From a virus (lineage: Duplodnaviria; Caudoviricetes): 64,000 nt of DNA. The notes beneath the pieces were generated by a model that was not told where the DNA came from, searched no databases, and saw nothing but the letters and a program-made list of their open reading frames with translations. The position numbers and the translations under genes were made by a program. The stretch lies in IMG/VR virus record IMGVR_UViG_3300017963_000189; one strand, 5' to 3'. This document shows, in pieces, positions 1-9,963 of the stretch (its first letter is position 1; each line of letters opens with the position of its first letter).

Positions 1-266
1 AACTCTTTTGCAACTTCTTTACCTTTGTCGGTCAAGTAAGCAACGTTATCGTCAGGGTTTCCATTTCCCTCATTATCCATTACCACAACCAACTCTTTCT
101 TTACCAAACTACCCAAAACACCTTTATATTCTTCCATTCCAAATTCATTACCGGTTTCCAATCCCTCTTGTAAAGCAAAAACCCACGGCACTGCATCCAA
201 ACCAGACTCATACTCGTTGTTTATTAAGTTTTCAATCATTTTCTTTTCGTTGTTGGTTAATGACAT
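1..266 (-). CDS. Small acidic hypothetical early protein, possible winged-helix (partial; runs off window edge; not in ORF track)
   Basis: Manual translation from ATG at 266: MSLTNNEKKMIENLINNEYESGLDAVPWVFALQEGLETGNEFGMEEYKGVLGSLVKKELVVVMDNEGNGNPDDNVAYLTDKGKEVAKE, no stop before base 1. SD AAGGAG upstream. YLTDKG resembles a wHTH wing end. Confidence 0.75.
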   Translation of the reverse strand, partial: MSLTNNEKKMIENLINNEYESGLDAVPWVFALQEGLETGNEFGMEEYKGVLGSLVKKELVVVMDNEGNGNPDDNVAYLTDKGKEVAKE

Positions 267-302
267 TTTATTCTCCTTTGGTTTCTCTCTCAATTACAAT
301 AC

Positions 303-342
303 AAATATACAACATTTCAGAGTAAAAGTCAACTGTTTTCTG
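303..342 (-). promoter_or_regulatory. Early (host sigma70-type) promoter
   Basis: Minus strand TTGACT-17 nt-TATATT (327-332 and 304-309). 37/40 nt identical to 40304-40343. Confidence 0.8.
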
Positions 343-352
343 GTTTTTTTTC

Positions 353-388
353 AAAAAAAAACCCACTCCAAAAAATGAAGTGGGTTTT
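353..388 (-). terminator. Intrinsic terminator after tail sheath
   Basis: Minus strand ACCCACUUCA-UUUUU-UGGAGUGGGU stem (one G-U pair) followed by a U-run, about 20 nt after the sheath stop. Confidence 0.8.
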
Positions 389-409
389 AGTAAAAATATC
401 AACTAAATA

Positions 410-2734
410 TTATTCAGGAAAAGTCGCCCCTGTTGGAAGTACGTTAAAATCAAGAATGATAAATTCAGCAGTTTTAGCAGGTTGTAAATAAATTTGACCA
501 TAAAGTTGATTACGATCAATTACATCCGCAGTATTGTTTGTATCGTCCATCACAACTTTAAAAGCGTACAATCCAGCTCTATTTTGTACAGATTCCAAAT
601 ATGGATTAGCAATATTTAAGAATCTATTTCGTGTCGCCGTGACGTTTTGTTCGAATACCAAATAACGTGAAGAACTCGCAATAAATTTCTTCAACGCAAT
701 AAGTAATCTACGTACATTTACACGATCAAGAGCAGAAGCTTTCGCTTGTAATGTCTTTTGACCCCACGCAACCACACCTTGTCCTGGGAATGTAGCAATA
801 GGATTAACACGCGCGTTGTATAATGTGTCTCGTTCAGTATGTGTCAATCTTGTGTACGCTGCGGTAGCAGATGTTATTCCACCACGATTCAAACCAGCAG
901 GAGCAAACCATTCTTCACTTATTTTGTCATTAAAAGCGTAAACACCAGTCATAACAACAGAAGGTGGCGCCCATTCAGGTTTGTTCGTATTTGGATCAAC
1001 TATTTTGACCCACGGATAATAAGTAGCAGCATAGTTGGTATCAAGAGCGGTTACTTCACTAACTTGTTCAGAAATACCATCAGTTAAACCAACCGTATCC
1101 ATAATATAGAAACAGTCTCCACGTTCTTCACAAGTATTGATTACATAGTTAGAAACATAAGAATGATACTTTTTAAGAATACCAGGTACAACAATCATAT
1201 TAATATCAACTTCATCAGGATTAGCTATAGCATCAATAGCTTTTTTGTAAGATAAACTACCCCCAGTACCACTATTAGTACAATCAAATCTTTGAGTGTT
1301 ATCAGAAGTTATTGATTCACCTTTAGCTACAGCAATTCTTAAATCAAGACCATCACTACCACCTTGAAAACCAAGAGCAAATTTACGTGTAGCGGTATTT
1401 GAACTCCAAGTTGAACCGGTAGCACTATAAGTAATAACATCAGAATAATTACTAAGATTAAATCTTCCGTTACTACCAGTAGAAGTTGTATATCCCTGAG
1501 CAGCTCCTTGTTGACCACCAATTTCAGCATGATATGTAAGATTATCACCAACACTAAAATCAACACCACGATATGCTCTTGTATTCGTTTCGCCATTAAT
1601 TGTTTGTGTAGTAGCAAAACTCATTGATGGGAAATTAGTAGCACCAGCATTAATAGGTACTTTATATCCTTGAAATCCCATTGGAACGACACCTTTTGGA
1701 AATGACGTTGTTGAAAGTTCAACACGAATATATGCAGATTTATTTGGCCAGTCACCTTCGTACACAAGTTTAGATTCCCCACCTATTGTACGATAATACG
1801 CTTTCGTATCACCGATCAATCTTGGAAGATAGTTTACACTATCAGGATCTAATGTAGCATTATTAAAGGTTTCTAATACTACTGGACGAGCATCAGTATC
1901 ACCCCACTCACGTACAACTACACTAAATTGACCATAATCAGAATTAGCAACTTCATCTGCTGGTTTAACATCAAAAATACCAACCTTAATTTCTTTGTTA
2001 GATATAATACCATCACCCAATGTATGAAACTTAAACAATGAATAATATTGAGCATCGCTCGCTGTTGGATGTGTACCTACATTTTGGGATTCAATCCAAG
2101 GCGTAGATGCATTAACATATCCATCCGCGCTCATAGAAACCGCCCCATTAGCTGGCCAGCTTGTTCCTATAACTATTGACATTGTGTTGGTATTGGCAAT
2201 ACTCGCACTTTGAAATGTTGGAAAGTTATACACAACTTCAGCAGGAACGTCACCAGTTAAAACATTAGTAAGATACTTTTCTTTTCTTGAATCAAGTGAT
2301 GCTGAGTATGTAACACTATTGAGATAAAGTGCAAAATCACCAATAGTTCCCGATACAGAAGCCGTTGATAACGCACTCTCGTCAGTACTACCGGATGCTC
2401 CAATAACAGCAATGATTTTATCACTATATATACCCGTTCCATCAATAGAAAGAGTAAAAAACCTTCTTGCATAACTTTGAGTACCAAGCACTCTAACAAT
2501 CGTTACAATACCCGCACTCTTTAAATATTCTTGGACAGTATAAGGTGTATAATAAGTTCCACTTCCAAATTTAGTAGAAAACTCATTTTGGGATGTCACT
2601 TGAACAGGTATAAATGCTGGGCCTTTTTCAGTTGGCCCAATTACAGCCGCACCAATCGCGGAAACACCTTCCGCAAGAAATGACAAATCCTTTTCTTGAG
2701 TAAATACACCAGGAGATACGATTTTTTCAGCCAT
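410..2734 (-). CDS. gp18: Tail sheath protein (T4 gp18-like)
   Basis: 774 aa; N-terminal SPGVFTQEKD; C-terminal sheath motifs PPSVVMTG, WFAPAGLNRGGI, WGQKTLQ, LDRVNVRRLL, PAKTAEFI. SD GGAG. Confidence 0.95.
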   Translation of the reverse strand: MAEKIVSPGVFTQEKDLSFLAEGVSAIGAAVIGPTEKGPAFIPVQVTSQNEFSTKFGSGTYYTPYTVQEYLKSAGIVTIVRVLGTQSYARRFFTLSIDGTGIYSDKIIAVIGASGSTDESALSTASVSGTIGDFALYLNSVTYSASLDSRKEKYLTNVLTGDVPAEVVYNFPTFQSASIANTNTMSIVIGTSWPANGAVSMSADGYVNASTPWIESQNVGTHPTASDAQYYSLFKFHTLGDGIISNKEIKVGIFDVKPADEVANSDYGQFSVVVREWGDTDARPVVLETFNNATLDPDSVNYLPRLIGDTKAYYRTIGGESKLVYEGDWPNKSAYIRVELSTTSFPKGVVPMGFQGYKVPINAGATNFPSMSFATTQTINGETNTRAYRGVDFSVGDNLTYHAEIGGQQGAAQGYTTSTGSNGRFNLSNYSDVITYSATGSTWSSNTATRKFALGFQGGSDGLDLRIAVAKGESITSDNTQRFDCTNSGTGGSLSYKKAIDAIANPDEVDINMIVVPGILKKYHSYVSNYVINTCEERGDCFYIMDTVGLTDGISEQVSEVTALDTNYAATYYPWVKIVDPNTNKPEWAPPSVVMTGVYAFNDKISEEWFAPAGLNRGGITSATAAYTRLTHTERDTLYNARVNPIATFPGQGVVAWGQKTLQAKASALDRVNVRRLLIALKKFIASSSRYLVFEQNVTATRNRFLNIANPYLESVQNRAGLYAFKVVMDDTNNTADVIDRNQLYGQIYLQPAKTAEFIILDFNVLPTGATFPE

Positions 2735-2790
2735 TTAATTTCTCCTATTTGAATTAAAAATGTATTAGTTTCAGATTAAAATTTTACATA

Positions 2791-2818
2791 TATAAATATA
2801 ATGAAATTTCCGAAACGT
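2791..2818 (-). promoter_or_regulatory. Candidate late promoter (ACGTTTCG-N12-TATTTATA)
   Basis: Both elements with identical 12-nt spacing recur at 3178-3205 and 43378-43405. Confidence 0.6.
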
Positions 2819-2843
2819 TCAGGTCACCTTGTTTATTATAGGT

Positions 2844-3137
2844 TTAACCTTGATTTTGTTCAGAAGGAGTAAATAAACCTGTATCCACATTTAATGAACC
2901 TATACCATATTTTTTATTTAATTCGTCTAAATGTGTTCTTTCAGTTTGTTTGATCTCGTCATAACGTTCTAATAATTTGTCTTTCGCCTCAATTAAATTG
3001 TCAAGGGCGTCACGGACATCATTTATTTGAAGTTCAACTTGTCCTACCTGAACTACGATTTCTTGATAATTGTTACGTAAATCTTTGACCTTTGTAACTT
3101 CCTCTTCTGAAACCTTGATAGCTTGTTTTTCTGCCAT
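2844..3137 (-). CDS. Coiled-coil hypothetical protein upstream of sheath
   Basis: 97 aa heptad-rich, ending LNKKYGIGSLNVDTGLFTP; strong SD AAGGAG; own promoter motif. Confidence 0.8.
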   Translation of the reverse strand: MAEKQAIKVSEEEVTKVKDLRNNYQEIVVQVGQVELQINDVRDALDNLIEAKDKLLERYDEIKQTERTHLDELNKKYGIGSLNVDTGLFTPSEQNQG

Positions 3138-3177
3138 TTTTCTTTCTCCTTGTTTTTGTTAAATGTTAAAATGTATA

Positions 3178-3205
3178 TATAAATATATAGAAATTTCCGA
3201 AACGT
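3178..3205 (-). promoter_or_regulatory. Candidate late promoter (ACGTTTCG-N12-TATTTATA)
   Basis: Minus strand CACGTTTCGGAAATTTCTATATATTTATATATAC, near-identical to the 2791-2818 copy. Confidence 0.6.
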
Positions 3206-3210
3206 GCTAA

Positions 3211-4986
3211 TTAACCACCTATCATAGGCATTATTTTCGGCCCTACAAATTTCACACGATCATCTTTGTAATATAATGAATATGTACTAACTCCGTCATG
3301 TTCTAAATTAAAATTATGAAATTCACTTATAGATTCATCATTATTATTTGATACATAATTATGTGTTTGGTTAGAATTGTTACCACTTTCAGCATCAAGA
3401 TAATCAGTATATGATGAAGAATGAAAAAAATGTCCAGCCGAATAATATGTTCCCTTTCCAGCAGCTGAAGCACCAGGAGTAACAAACTTGTGAAATGTAC
3501 CATCACGGCTTGTTTGTATACTTCCATAAAGTTGACTTCCCGCACCATCACCAACCGTTATCAGGGATGCTGTAGCAGTTGATAAAGCCGAACCACTTAT
3601 CCACTTGTGTTCATATAATCTATATAATGAATCTGATGAATGTCTAACTCTGATGTGATATATAACATTCCCTCTATTATCACACGCTAATCCGCCCATA
3701 ATCGCTCTATCATGTGATGGATAGTTAGTTGTCGGTGATGCTTGTTGTACAAAATCAAATGTACTACTTGCTATATCCCATTGAGTAAACCATACAACCG
3801 TACCAGTTGCTTGATCACAACCATAATATAGTATTTTATTATCTTTTCTATTGAAACAAATAGCTCCATACCATTTACGAGTTTTATTCGTTGTACCAGA
3901 TAAAAATGACCACGAATCACCGTTGTCTTGTGATCTCCAAAATCCTATTTCATATGTAGATGTTCCAGATTCTGCTTGTACAAACAATTCTCCATTATCT
4001 GCTTTGACTAAACCTACTCCATTTCCGCCCCATGTACCTATACCACTTGATAAGTTTATTTCAGCTCCCCACGTATAACCATGATCCGTAGATTTGTGAC
4101 ATATTATTTTATTACTAACATTTCTTGTTCTACTTACCATAACTAAATCACCATTGTCCGCAGTAACTATATTTTGATAATCGAGATATGTTGTTCCGGT
4201 CACAATAGTTGCGAATGAAGATGTAGCAAAACTATCTCCTTGTCCTATTATTACTCTCAATCTCCATGTAGTTCTTTCGCCATGGATGGCGACCAAATTA
4301 CCATTCGCTGCTCTCGTTATCATTGGTTGAAGCGGATAATACATAGCCACAACATTTGTAGTCGTGTATAATAATATTGACGGGTCAATTACAACAGGAT
4401 ATACTGCATTATCTAACCAAGTCGGATCAACAGAATACCTGAATATGTCTTTATCTTTTCCTTGTATCTTCTTTGTTGTTATTTCTAAATTAGCATCAGT
4501 TCTACTTCCACTAGCATCAACTAAAAACGGTACTTGGATTTTACAATATTCCTCTTGTATTATTCCATTTTTATCATCGTCGCCCAAAACTATTATATCA
4601 CCATTGCTTTGGGTGGCGAACGCTATACTGCCAGATACATCGTATGAAGATGATACAATGTAATCTATCTCGTTCCACGGTGGGCGAAATGGTAAAATGT
4701 ATGATTCTTTGAACTTACTTCCACTCGTTTCATATTCCAACGGCCCATAATTCAACCTATAATCATCTAACTTATTGATTACATTATGTGGTAAATCAGG
4801 TAACAATGTAAGTGAACAACTATTTGGAAATTCAATCGTATGTTCAGGTGTCTCGTCTACTTTATCATGTATCTTTATTTTCGCCCGACCATAGTTTATC
4901 TTGTGTTGATACTTACTTGTTACTTCATCGTCCTCAATCATGGATTGAAATGTATTTTCTGGTGTGTATATCCCTTTTCTACTCAT
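3211..4986 (-). CDS. Virion protein: Rhs/WapA-like N-terminal module plus BNR/Asp-box (sialidase-fold) beta-propeller
   Basis: WLDNAVYPVVIDPS motif at about aa 190-203; Asp-boxes HKSTDHGYTW and WRSQDNGDSW. Confidence 0.6.
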   Translation of the reverse strand: MSRKGIYTPENTFQSMIEDDEVTSKYQHKINYGRAKIKIHDKVDETPEHTIEFPNSCSLTLLPDLPHNVINKLDDYRLNYGPLEYETSGSKFKESYILPFRPPWNEIDYIVSSSYDVSGSIAFATQSNGDIIVLGDDDKNGIIQEEYCKIQVPFLVDASGSRTDANLEITTKKIQGKDKDIFRYSVDPTWLDNAVYPVVIDPSILLYTTTNVVAMYYPLQPMITRAANGNLVAIHGERTTWRLRVIIGQGDSFATSSFATIVTGTTYLDYQNIVTADNGDLVMVSRTRNVSNKIICHKSTDHGYTWGAEINLSSGIGTWGGNGVGLVKADNGELFVQAESGTSTYEIGFWRSQDNGDSWSFLSGTTNKTRKWYGAICFNRKDNKILYYGCDQATGTVVWFTQWDIASSTFDFVQQASPTTNYPSHDRAIMGGLACDNRGNVIYHIRVRHSSDSLYRLYEHKWISGSALSTATASLITVGDGAGSQLYGSIQTSRDGTFHKFVTPGASAAGKGTYYSAGHFFHSSSYTDYLDAESGNNSNQTHNYVSNNNDESISEFHNFNLEHDGVSTYSLYYKDDRVKFVGPKIMPMIGG

Positions 4987-4996
4987 TTACTACCTC

Positions 4997-6511
4997 TTAA
5001 AATGTCATTTTTAAATTAACTGATAATCCCATACATTGTTTCGATTCCGATATATGTACTCTAATATAATCATCTTCAATAAAAGTTATCGTTCCACCCG
5101 GAGTACCTGTTGTCCATCCTGCATTACTAGCACTTATAATACTTTCATTAAGCTCTGTTGTATCATTCTTTTCTGCTCGTATCATACAACTTCCGGATAC
5201 AGTCGTAACTCTAATTTCATCAAATGTAAATCCATCAGGAACTACTATTGGTGGCGTAATACCATCGTAAGCACTTCCTTGATATACAACAGGAATATTT
5301 ACTCGTCTACTATATGTTGACGCACTAAAAGCACCATGTACTCTCAATAAACTTCCACTACTATCAGTTAAATTCGGCCCCATGACTATTCCACCATCAT
5401 GTTCTATCGTCATTCGTGTTTGTCGTGAATTGTCTTCAGTATAAAAAACCATAGCTTGTTCATTAGAACCAACTCGTTTTCCATAAATACCACAATTAGC
5501 AGAAGTGGAAATAAAATGTATTCCAGCAGAAGAACCTACAACTGAATTATTATTAATAACTCGTATTCCATGTATATTTCCTACATCAGTATGATAACCA
5601 GGATTATTAAAAACAAGATCGAGCATAGATGAACCACTATTACGTATATACACAGCATTTGTAGTAATCGCTGATCTAAACGCTGCTAAAATAGTGTTAT
5701 CTGCGGAACCAGAATAAACATGAAGTGAATAAGTTGGATTTGTAATTCCTATTCCTACGTGTTGTTTTTTATTAATCGTCATAGCGTGTGATAAACTACC
5801 CGCATTGGCGGTAAAAAATTCTAATTTAGCATCACCATGAGCTTCTCCCAATGTTTTTGCGTTAATTTTTGCGTAAACTCCTTGAGTAGCACCTTCATTA
5901 TCAGCATTCCAAAATCGTATGTCACCATATACAGATTCTCCTGCTTGATTGTCTTGAGCTCCCATTAAAAATAGTGACGCGGATTCTCCAACAGTCGCAC
6001 CAGTTTGAACTCTAATACCGGTATCAGTTATACCATTATATAGATGTAATTTATCTTTAGGGCTGGTTATTCCTATACCCACATTATAAGTAGTATCATC
6101 TAACCAAACCATTGATGATTCATCAGTTTTCCAAATAGATGCTGATGTTTGTAAATTACCGGTTATATTATCTCCATTTCCATAAAAATTAGAAGCAGAT
6201 ATATCTCCCCAAACATGAAAAAGTTTAGCCGGCTCAGTTGTTCCTATACCAACAAATCCGGTTGGTTCATCCCATGTTTGTAAAACACCATTATCAACCA
6301 ATATATTTATTGTTCTATTAGTCAAATCCCACTTGATACCATCATTAAGACCGGTTTCGATAGTATATTCGCCTCCCGCTGCAGCATCATCTCCTATTTG
6401 AATACTTCCACTTATTGTTAATTCATCTGATGGATCTGTTGTTCCTATTCCTACTTTTCCAGGTACTCTAAAATCTTGTTTTCTTAATGAGGCACTTCCA
6501 CTTACTGCCAT
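4997..6511 (-). CDS. Tail fibre-like protein with GIGT repeats
   Basis: 504 aa; repeated VGIGTTxP / VGIGITxP units; shares the ASxFYGNGDNITGNLxTSASIW module with the 3172-aa fibre. Confidence 0.75.
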   Translation of the reverse strand: MAVSGSASLRKQDFRVPGKVGIGTTDPSDELTISGSIQIGDDAAAGGEYTIETGLNDGIKWDLTNRTINILVDNGVLQTWDEPTGFVGIGTTEPAKLFHVWGDISASNFYGNGDNITGNLQTSASIWKTDESSMVWLDDTTYNVGIGITSPKDKLHLYNGITDTGIRVQTGATVGESASLFLMGAQDNQAGESVYGDIRFWNADNEGATQGVYAKINAKTLGEAHGDAKLEFFTANAGSLSHAMTINKKQHVGIGITNPTYSLHVYSGSADNTILAAFRSAITTNAVYIRNSGSSMLDLVFNNPGYHTDVGNIHGIRVINNNSVVGSSAGIHFISTSANCGIYGKRVGSNEQAMVFYTEDNSRQTRMTIEHDGGIVMGPNLTDSSGSLLRVHGAFSASTYSRRVNIPVVYQGSAYDGITPPIVVPDGFTFDEIRVTTVSGSCMIRAEKNDTTELNESIISASNAGWTTGTPGGTITFIEDDYIRVHISESKQCMGLSVNLKMTF

Positions 6512-6513
6512 TG

Positions 6514-8268
6514 TTATACTCCTGTTATATTAAATCGTGAATATCCTACTATACTTTCTCTATTTGTTGTATCTTGTTCCATTAGTGATACATATAAATA
6601 ACTTCCACCCGTATAATGAGCTGATTGACTTATTGATCCCGTAAACTCTAATTTTATTCTCGCCGTTGATCCTACACTTGAAAATGTGTGATCTACATCG
6701 GCTAAATAATCATAATTCTCATATGTAGTTCCACCATCATTACTTACTTTTATATATAAATCGGCTCCGGATGCAGTATATAAATCTGCCGTTGCATTCC
6801 CTACATAAATAGAGCCAATATTTACATTTTGTGGTAATGTGAAATCTCCAAATGTTATACTCCCTGTCTCACATAAACCCATTCCATCTGGCCATTTGTC
6901 TCTTGAATATGACCTAAAACCATCATCATTATATGTAGAAAACAACCAATATTCTTCTCCATCTTCATCAGTAGTCAAAGTGAGATTCGCACCATATGAA
7001 GCAAAAAATTCATTGCCATCCGATTCATATGACACAACTTGACCACCACCACCAGTACGTATGTCGCCAGTTCCATACCCATTTGTATAATATATTGGAT
7101 CACCAACCATTACCATATTTATTTGATCTATCCAACCCATGTACGCTAAATGATTTCTATCAGGCATTACAAAAATGAATTTGTCTTTCAATGTTGGATG
7201 TTCTTGATAACTACCATAATATACTTCTTTTGCTTGTGGAACATATCTTACTTCGGCTTTATTTAATGAATTAATATGTGATCGTATTACTTTACCCTCT
7301 TGACCCCAAACAAACGGCCCTCCAGGTACAGCTCCTGTCACAAAACTATTATCAACATATAAAAATCTTCCTATAAACCCCGGACACAACATTTCAAATG
7401 AATTTCCGGTTCTACTATTATCACTTCCAGTTTTCATAAGAATTGTACCCATATTATAATGATCATTTGATATTCCTAAATCCGTTGTCCTAAAACAAAT
7501 CGTTTGAGCACCAACTACAGATGAAGATGGTTGTGAAGCACTTTGAACTAAAATTGTATCTCCATCACGCAACCATGAACCTATTACCCAATCCTCTTTT
7601 GGATAATATCTCATATGACCATATCTCATGTCTGTTACTCTGTTTGTCGCCAATAAATCGTCGCTCGATGAATCTTGTGTGTTCCACTTCGTTGTATAAT
7701 TATAATCACCTGTGTCATAATGACCCAAATACAACCAATCTCCGGCGACGGCGAGCCCGTTGTAATACGGGTAACCGGGTGAATCATGACTTATCCCATG
7801 TCCTGTTGTCGTTATCGTATCTACTTTCGTTATACTACTCGTATCACTAAAATCATATTTGGCTATACCTGCAGACCCATATCGTCCTACATACGCTTGA
7901 TACCTCTCCCTATCAACCGCAATAGAGTTTTGTGTGTTAGCTCCTATTGGAACAGAATCCCAATATAAAATACTCATACTTCCTGCAGTTTTCATTTTAC
8001 GAACACAAAATCCATCGCCCCAACCCGCACTTACTACTAAATCGCCAGTCGAATTTGGAGTTGGATCAGGAATAGTATGAACTAAATCAGGATTTATCGT
8101 TCTCGTACCTTTTAATGTAGACGCACCTTCATAAAAATCAAAATTATCAGTTCTAAAATTAAATCCAACTTGTATATGATTTCCACGATGAAAATTCCAT
8201 ATAGTATTTTCACCTGCTATTGCTTGTGCTTTCTCGTTTATATAATATGTCGTTGATTTTAATCCCAT
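6514..8268 (-). CDS. Tail-associated beta-propeller-like protein, paralog A
   Basis: 584 aa; collinear motifs with 8269-9960; C-terminal KVSNDGGTTY module. Confidence 0.65.
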   Translation of the reverse strand: MGLKSTTYYINEKAQAIAGENTIWNFHRGNHIQVGFNFRTDNFDFYEGASTLKGTRTINPDLVHTIPDPTPNSTGDLVVSAGWGDGFCVRKMKTAGSMSILYWDSVPIGANTQNSIAVDRERYQAYVGRYGSAGIAKYDFSDTSSITKVDTITTTGHGISHDSPGYPYYNGLAVAGDWLYLGHYDTGDYNYTTKWNTQDSSSDDLLATNRVTDMRYGHMRYYPKEDWVIGSWLRDGDTILVQSASQPSSSVVGAQTICFRTTDLGISNDHYNMGTILMKTGSDNSRTGNSFEMLCPGFIGRFLYVDNSFVTGAVPGGPFVWGQEGKVIRSHINSLNKAEVRYVPQAKEVYYGSYQEHPTLKDKFIFVMPDRNHLAYMGWIDQINMVMVGDPIYYTNGYGTGDIRTGGGGQVVSYESDGNEFFASYGANLTLTTDEDGEEYWLFSTYNDDGFRSYSRDKWPDGMGLCETGSITFGDFTLPQNVNIGSIYVGNATADLYTASGADLYIKVSNDGGTTYENYDYLADVDHTFSSVGSTARIKLEFTGSISQSAHYTGGSYLYVSLMEQDTTNRESIVGYSRFNITGV

Positions 8269-9960
8269 TTATACACCTACTATCTTTTTCACCACTACAT
8301 TCTTTTGTGTTTCTTTTTCTTCCTTGTCAAATCCACGTATAACTACAACTATTCTCTTGAGTGATAATAAATACGGCCCACGTTTGCCCGACCCTTGTAA
8401 TACAAACTTTACACGAACCGTGTTTCCCCTCGTGTTGAATCTTCTTATTCCCTCTTTACGCCAATCATATGCTTGATAATGATTTCCACCATCATTACTT
8501 ACAAATACCTTGAAATATGTGTCGTCACCGGGTTCAAATACCATATTTGCTATTTTATTTATTTGTATTGATGAAATATTCGTTTCATCTTCAAGTTGAA
8601 AATCACCAAAAACAATATTTCCTTGTGATACAAGTTCCAAAAAATTAGGAAAATTATTTATATCATACGATATAAACGCACTACCATCACCATCATAACC
8701 ACCTAATACCCAATATTCAGTTCCCTCAGATGCTTGAACTTTATGATATGGATGTGGACACCAAGTATATGTAAAATTAAGAGCATTTGGCCCCGTTGTC
8801 GGTTGTGTCGTCGTTGTTCCTTTTTTTCTATATCCATACGCATTTATAGGCCCAACTCCTACCCAATTTTGATTCTCTACATCTATCCAACCAAAATTTC
8901 TACCTGTCCAAGTTGCGTAATTTCTAACTATAGGCATATCACTTCCATATACCGGATGTTTTTTAGCATGTATACCCTCAATAAACAATAATACTGTTCT
9001 CCATCTAGCATCAGTATTGTACCTTGTACCAGCTTCTAACAAAGTTGGAACATTCGTTGTTCCTTCAATACAAGCACTTATATCTACTTTACAAAATCTT
9101 CCATAATTGGTTGATATTATCATAATATTTGGATCGTCGTTATCAGGCACCCATAAATGTGTATATGTATCATTTCCGCCCATTATACTATCAGTTCTTA
9201 CTTGAAATGCGGACGCGGTTACTTCAGATGGATCGGCTTCCGCATAAGAAGCTGTAGCACTTGGATTTACTACCACTCTCAACATAGCATCCGCCCTTGA
9301 CACATAATAAAGTCGATCATGTTCTGCATCATACCAACAATGACCATATCTATGACTATTTATTTGATTTTTTACCGTTAAATTTTCAGCAGTTTCACTT
9401 GGAATGTGCCAACGAAATACCGTTGTAGTTCCTTTATCATCAGGACATATATAAAGATAGTCGCCAACTACCTCTAATCCACTATGATATGTATATCCAA
9501 CTTCATCACTCGGCAAACCATTTCCTGCTTCCGTTAAAACCTCAACCGATAAACTCGATGTATCACTATAATCTATTCGTCCTATATTATCATATACCCA
9601 ATTTCCAAAATAAAAATGTTTCCTTACAGGATCTACAGCACAACTTGGATAATACGCATAACCGTTCATCGGTGTACTATTATTGTAAACAACAGTAAAA
9701 GTACCATCGTCATTCAATCGTCTTATCCCTACTCCATCAGAATATCCAGCACAAAATATAAGATTTCCATCAACTTTTACACTATCTTGTGACAATCCAC
9801 GATCACCACTCCCTGCTCCACCGCGGCTTGTCCAATTATTATCCTTTATATTCCACTCTAAACCTATATGTGTTCGCCAAACAAACTCAAAATATACATC
9901 TTGTTTACTTACAACTTGTTCATTTTGTCCTAACTCAAAACTTTTTATCTTTACTGCCAT
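8269..9960 (-). CDS. Tail-associated beta-propeller-like protein, paralog B
   Basis: 563 aa; AGYSDG, DYSDTSS, GLEVVGDYLY, EYW, FGDF and VSNDGG motifs all shared with paralog A. Confidence 0.65.
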   Translation of the reverse strand: MAVKIKSFELGQNEQVVSKQDVYFEFVWRTHIGLEWNIKDNNWTSRGGAGSGDRGLSQDSVKVDGNLIFCAGYSDGVGIRRLNDDGTFTVVYNNSTPMNGYAYYPSCAVDPVRKHFYFGNWVYDNIGRIDYSDTSSLSVEVLTEAGNGLPSDEVGYTYHSGLEVVGDYLYICPDDKGTTTVFRWHIPSETAENLTVKNQINSHRYGHCWYDAEHDRLYYVSRADAMLRVVVNPSATASYAEADPSEVTASAFQVRTDSIMGGNDTYTHLWVPDNDDPNIMIISTNYGRFCKVDISACIEGTTNVPTLLEAGTRYNTDARWRTVLLFIEGIHAKKHPVYGSDMPIVRNYATWTGRNFGWIDVENQNWVGVGPINAYGYRKKGTTTTQPTTGPNALNFTYTWCPHPYHKVQASEGTEYWVLGGYDGDGSAFISYDINNFPNFLELVSQGNIVFGDFQLEDETNISSIQINKIANMVFEPGDDTYFKVFVSNDGGNHYQAYDWRKEGIRRFNTRGNTVRVKFVLQGSGKRGPYLLSLKRIVVVIRGFDKEEKETQKNVVVKKIVGV

Positions 9961-9963
9961 AAC

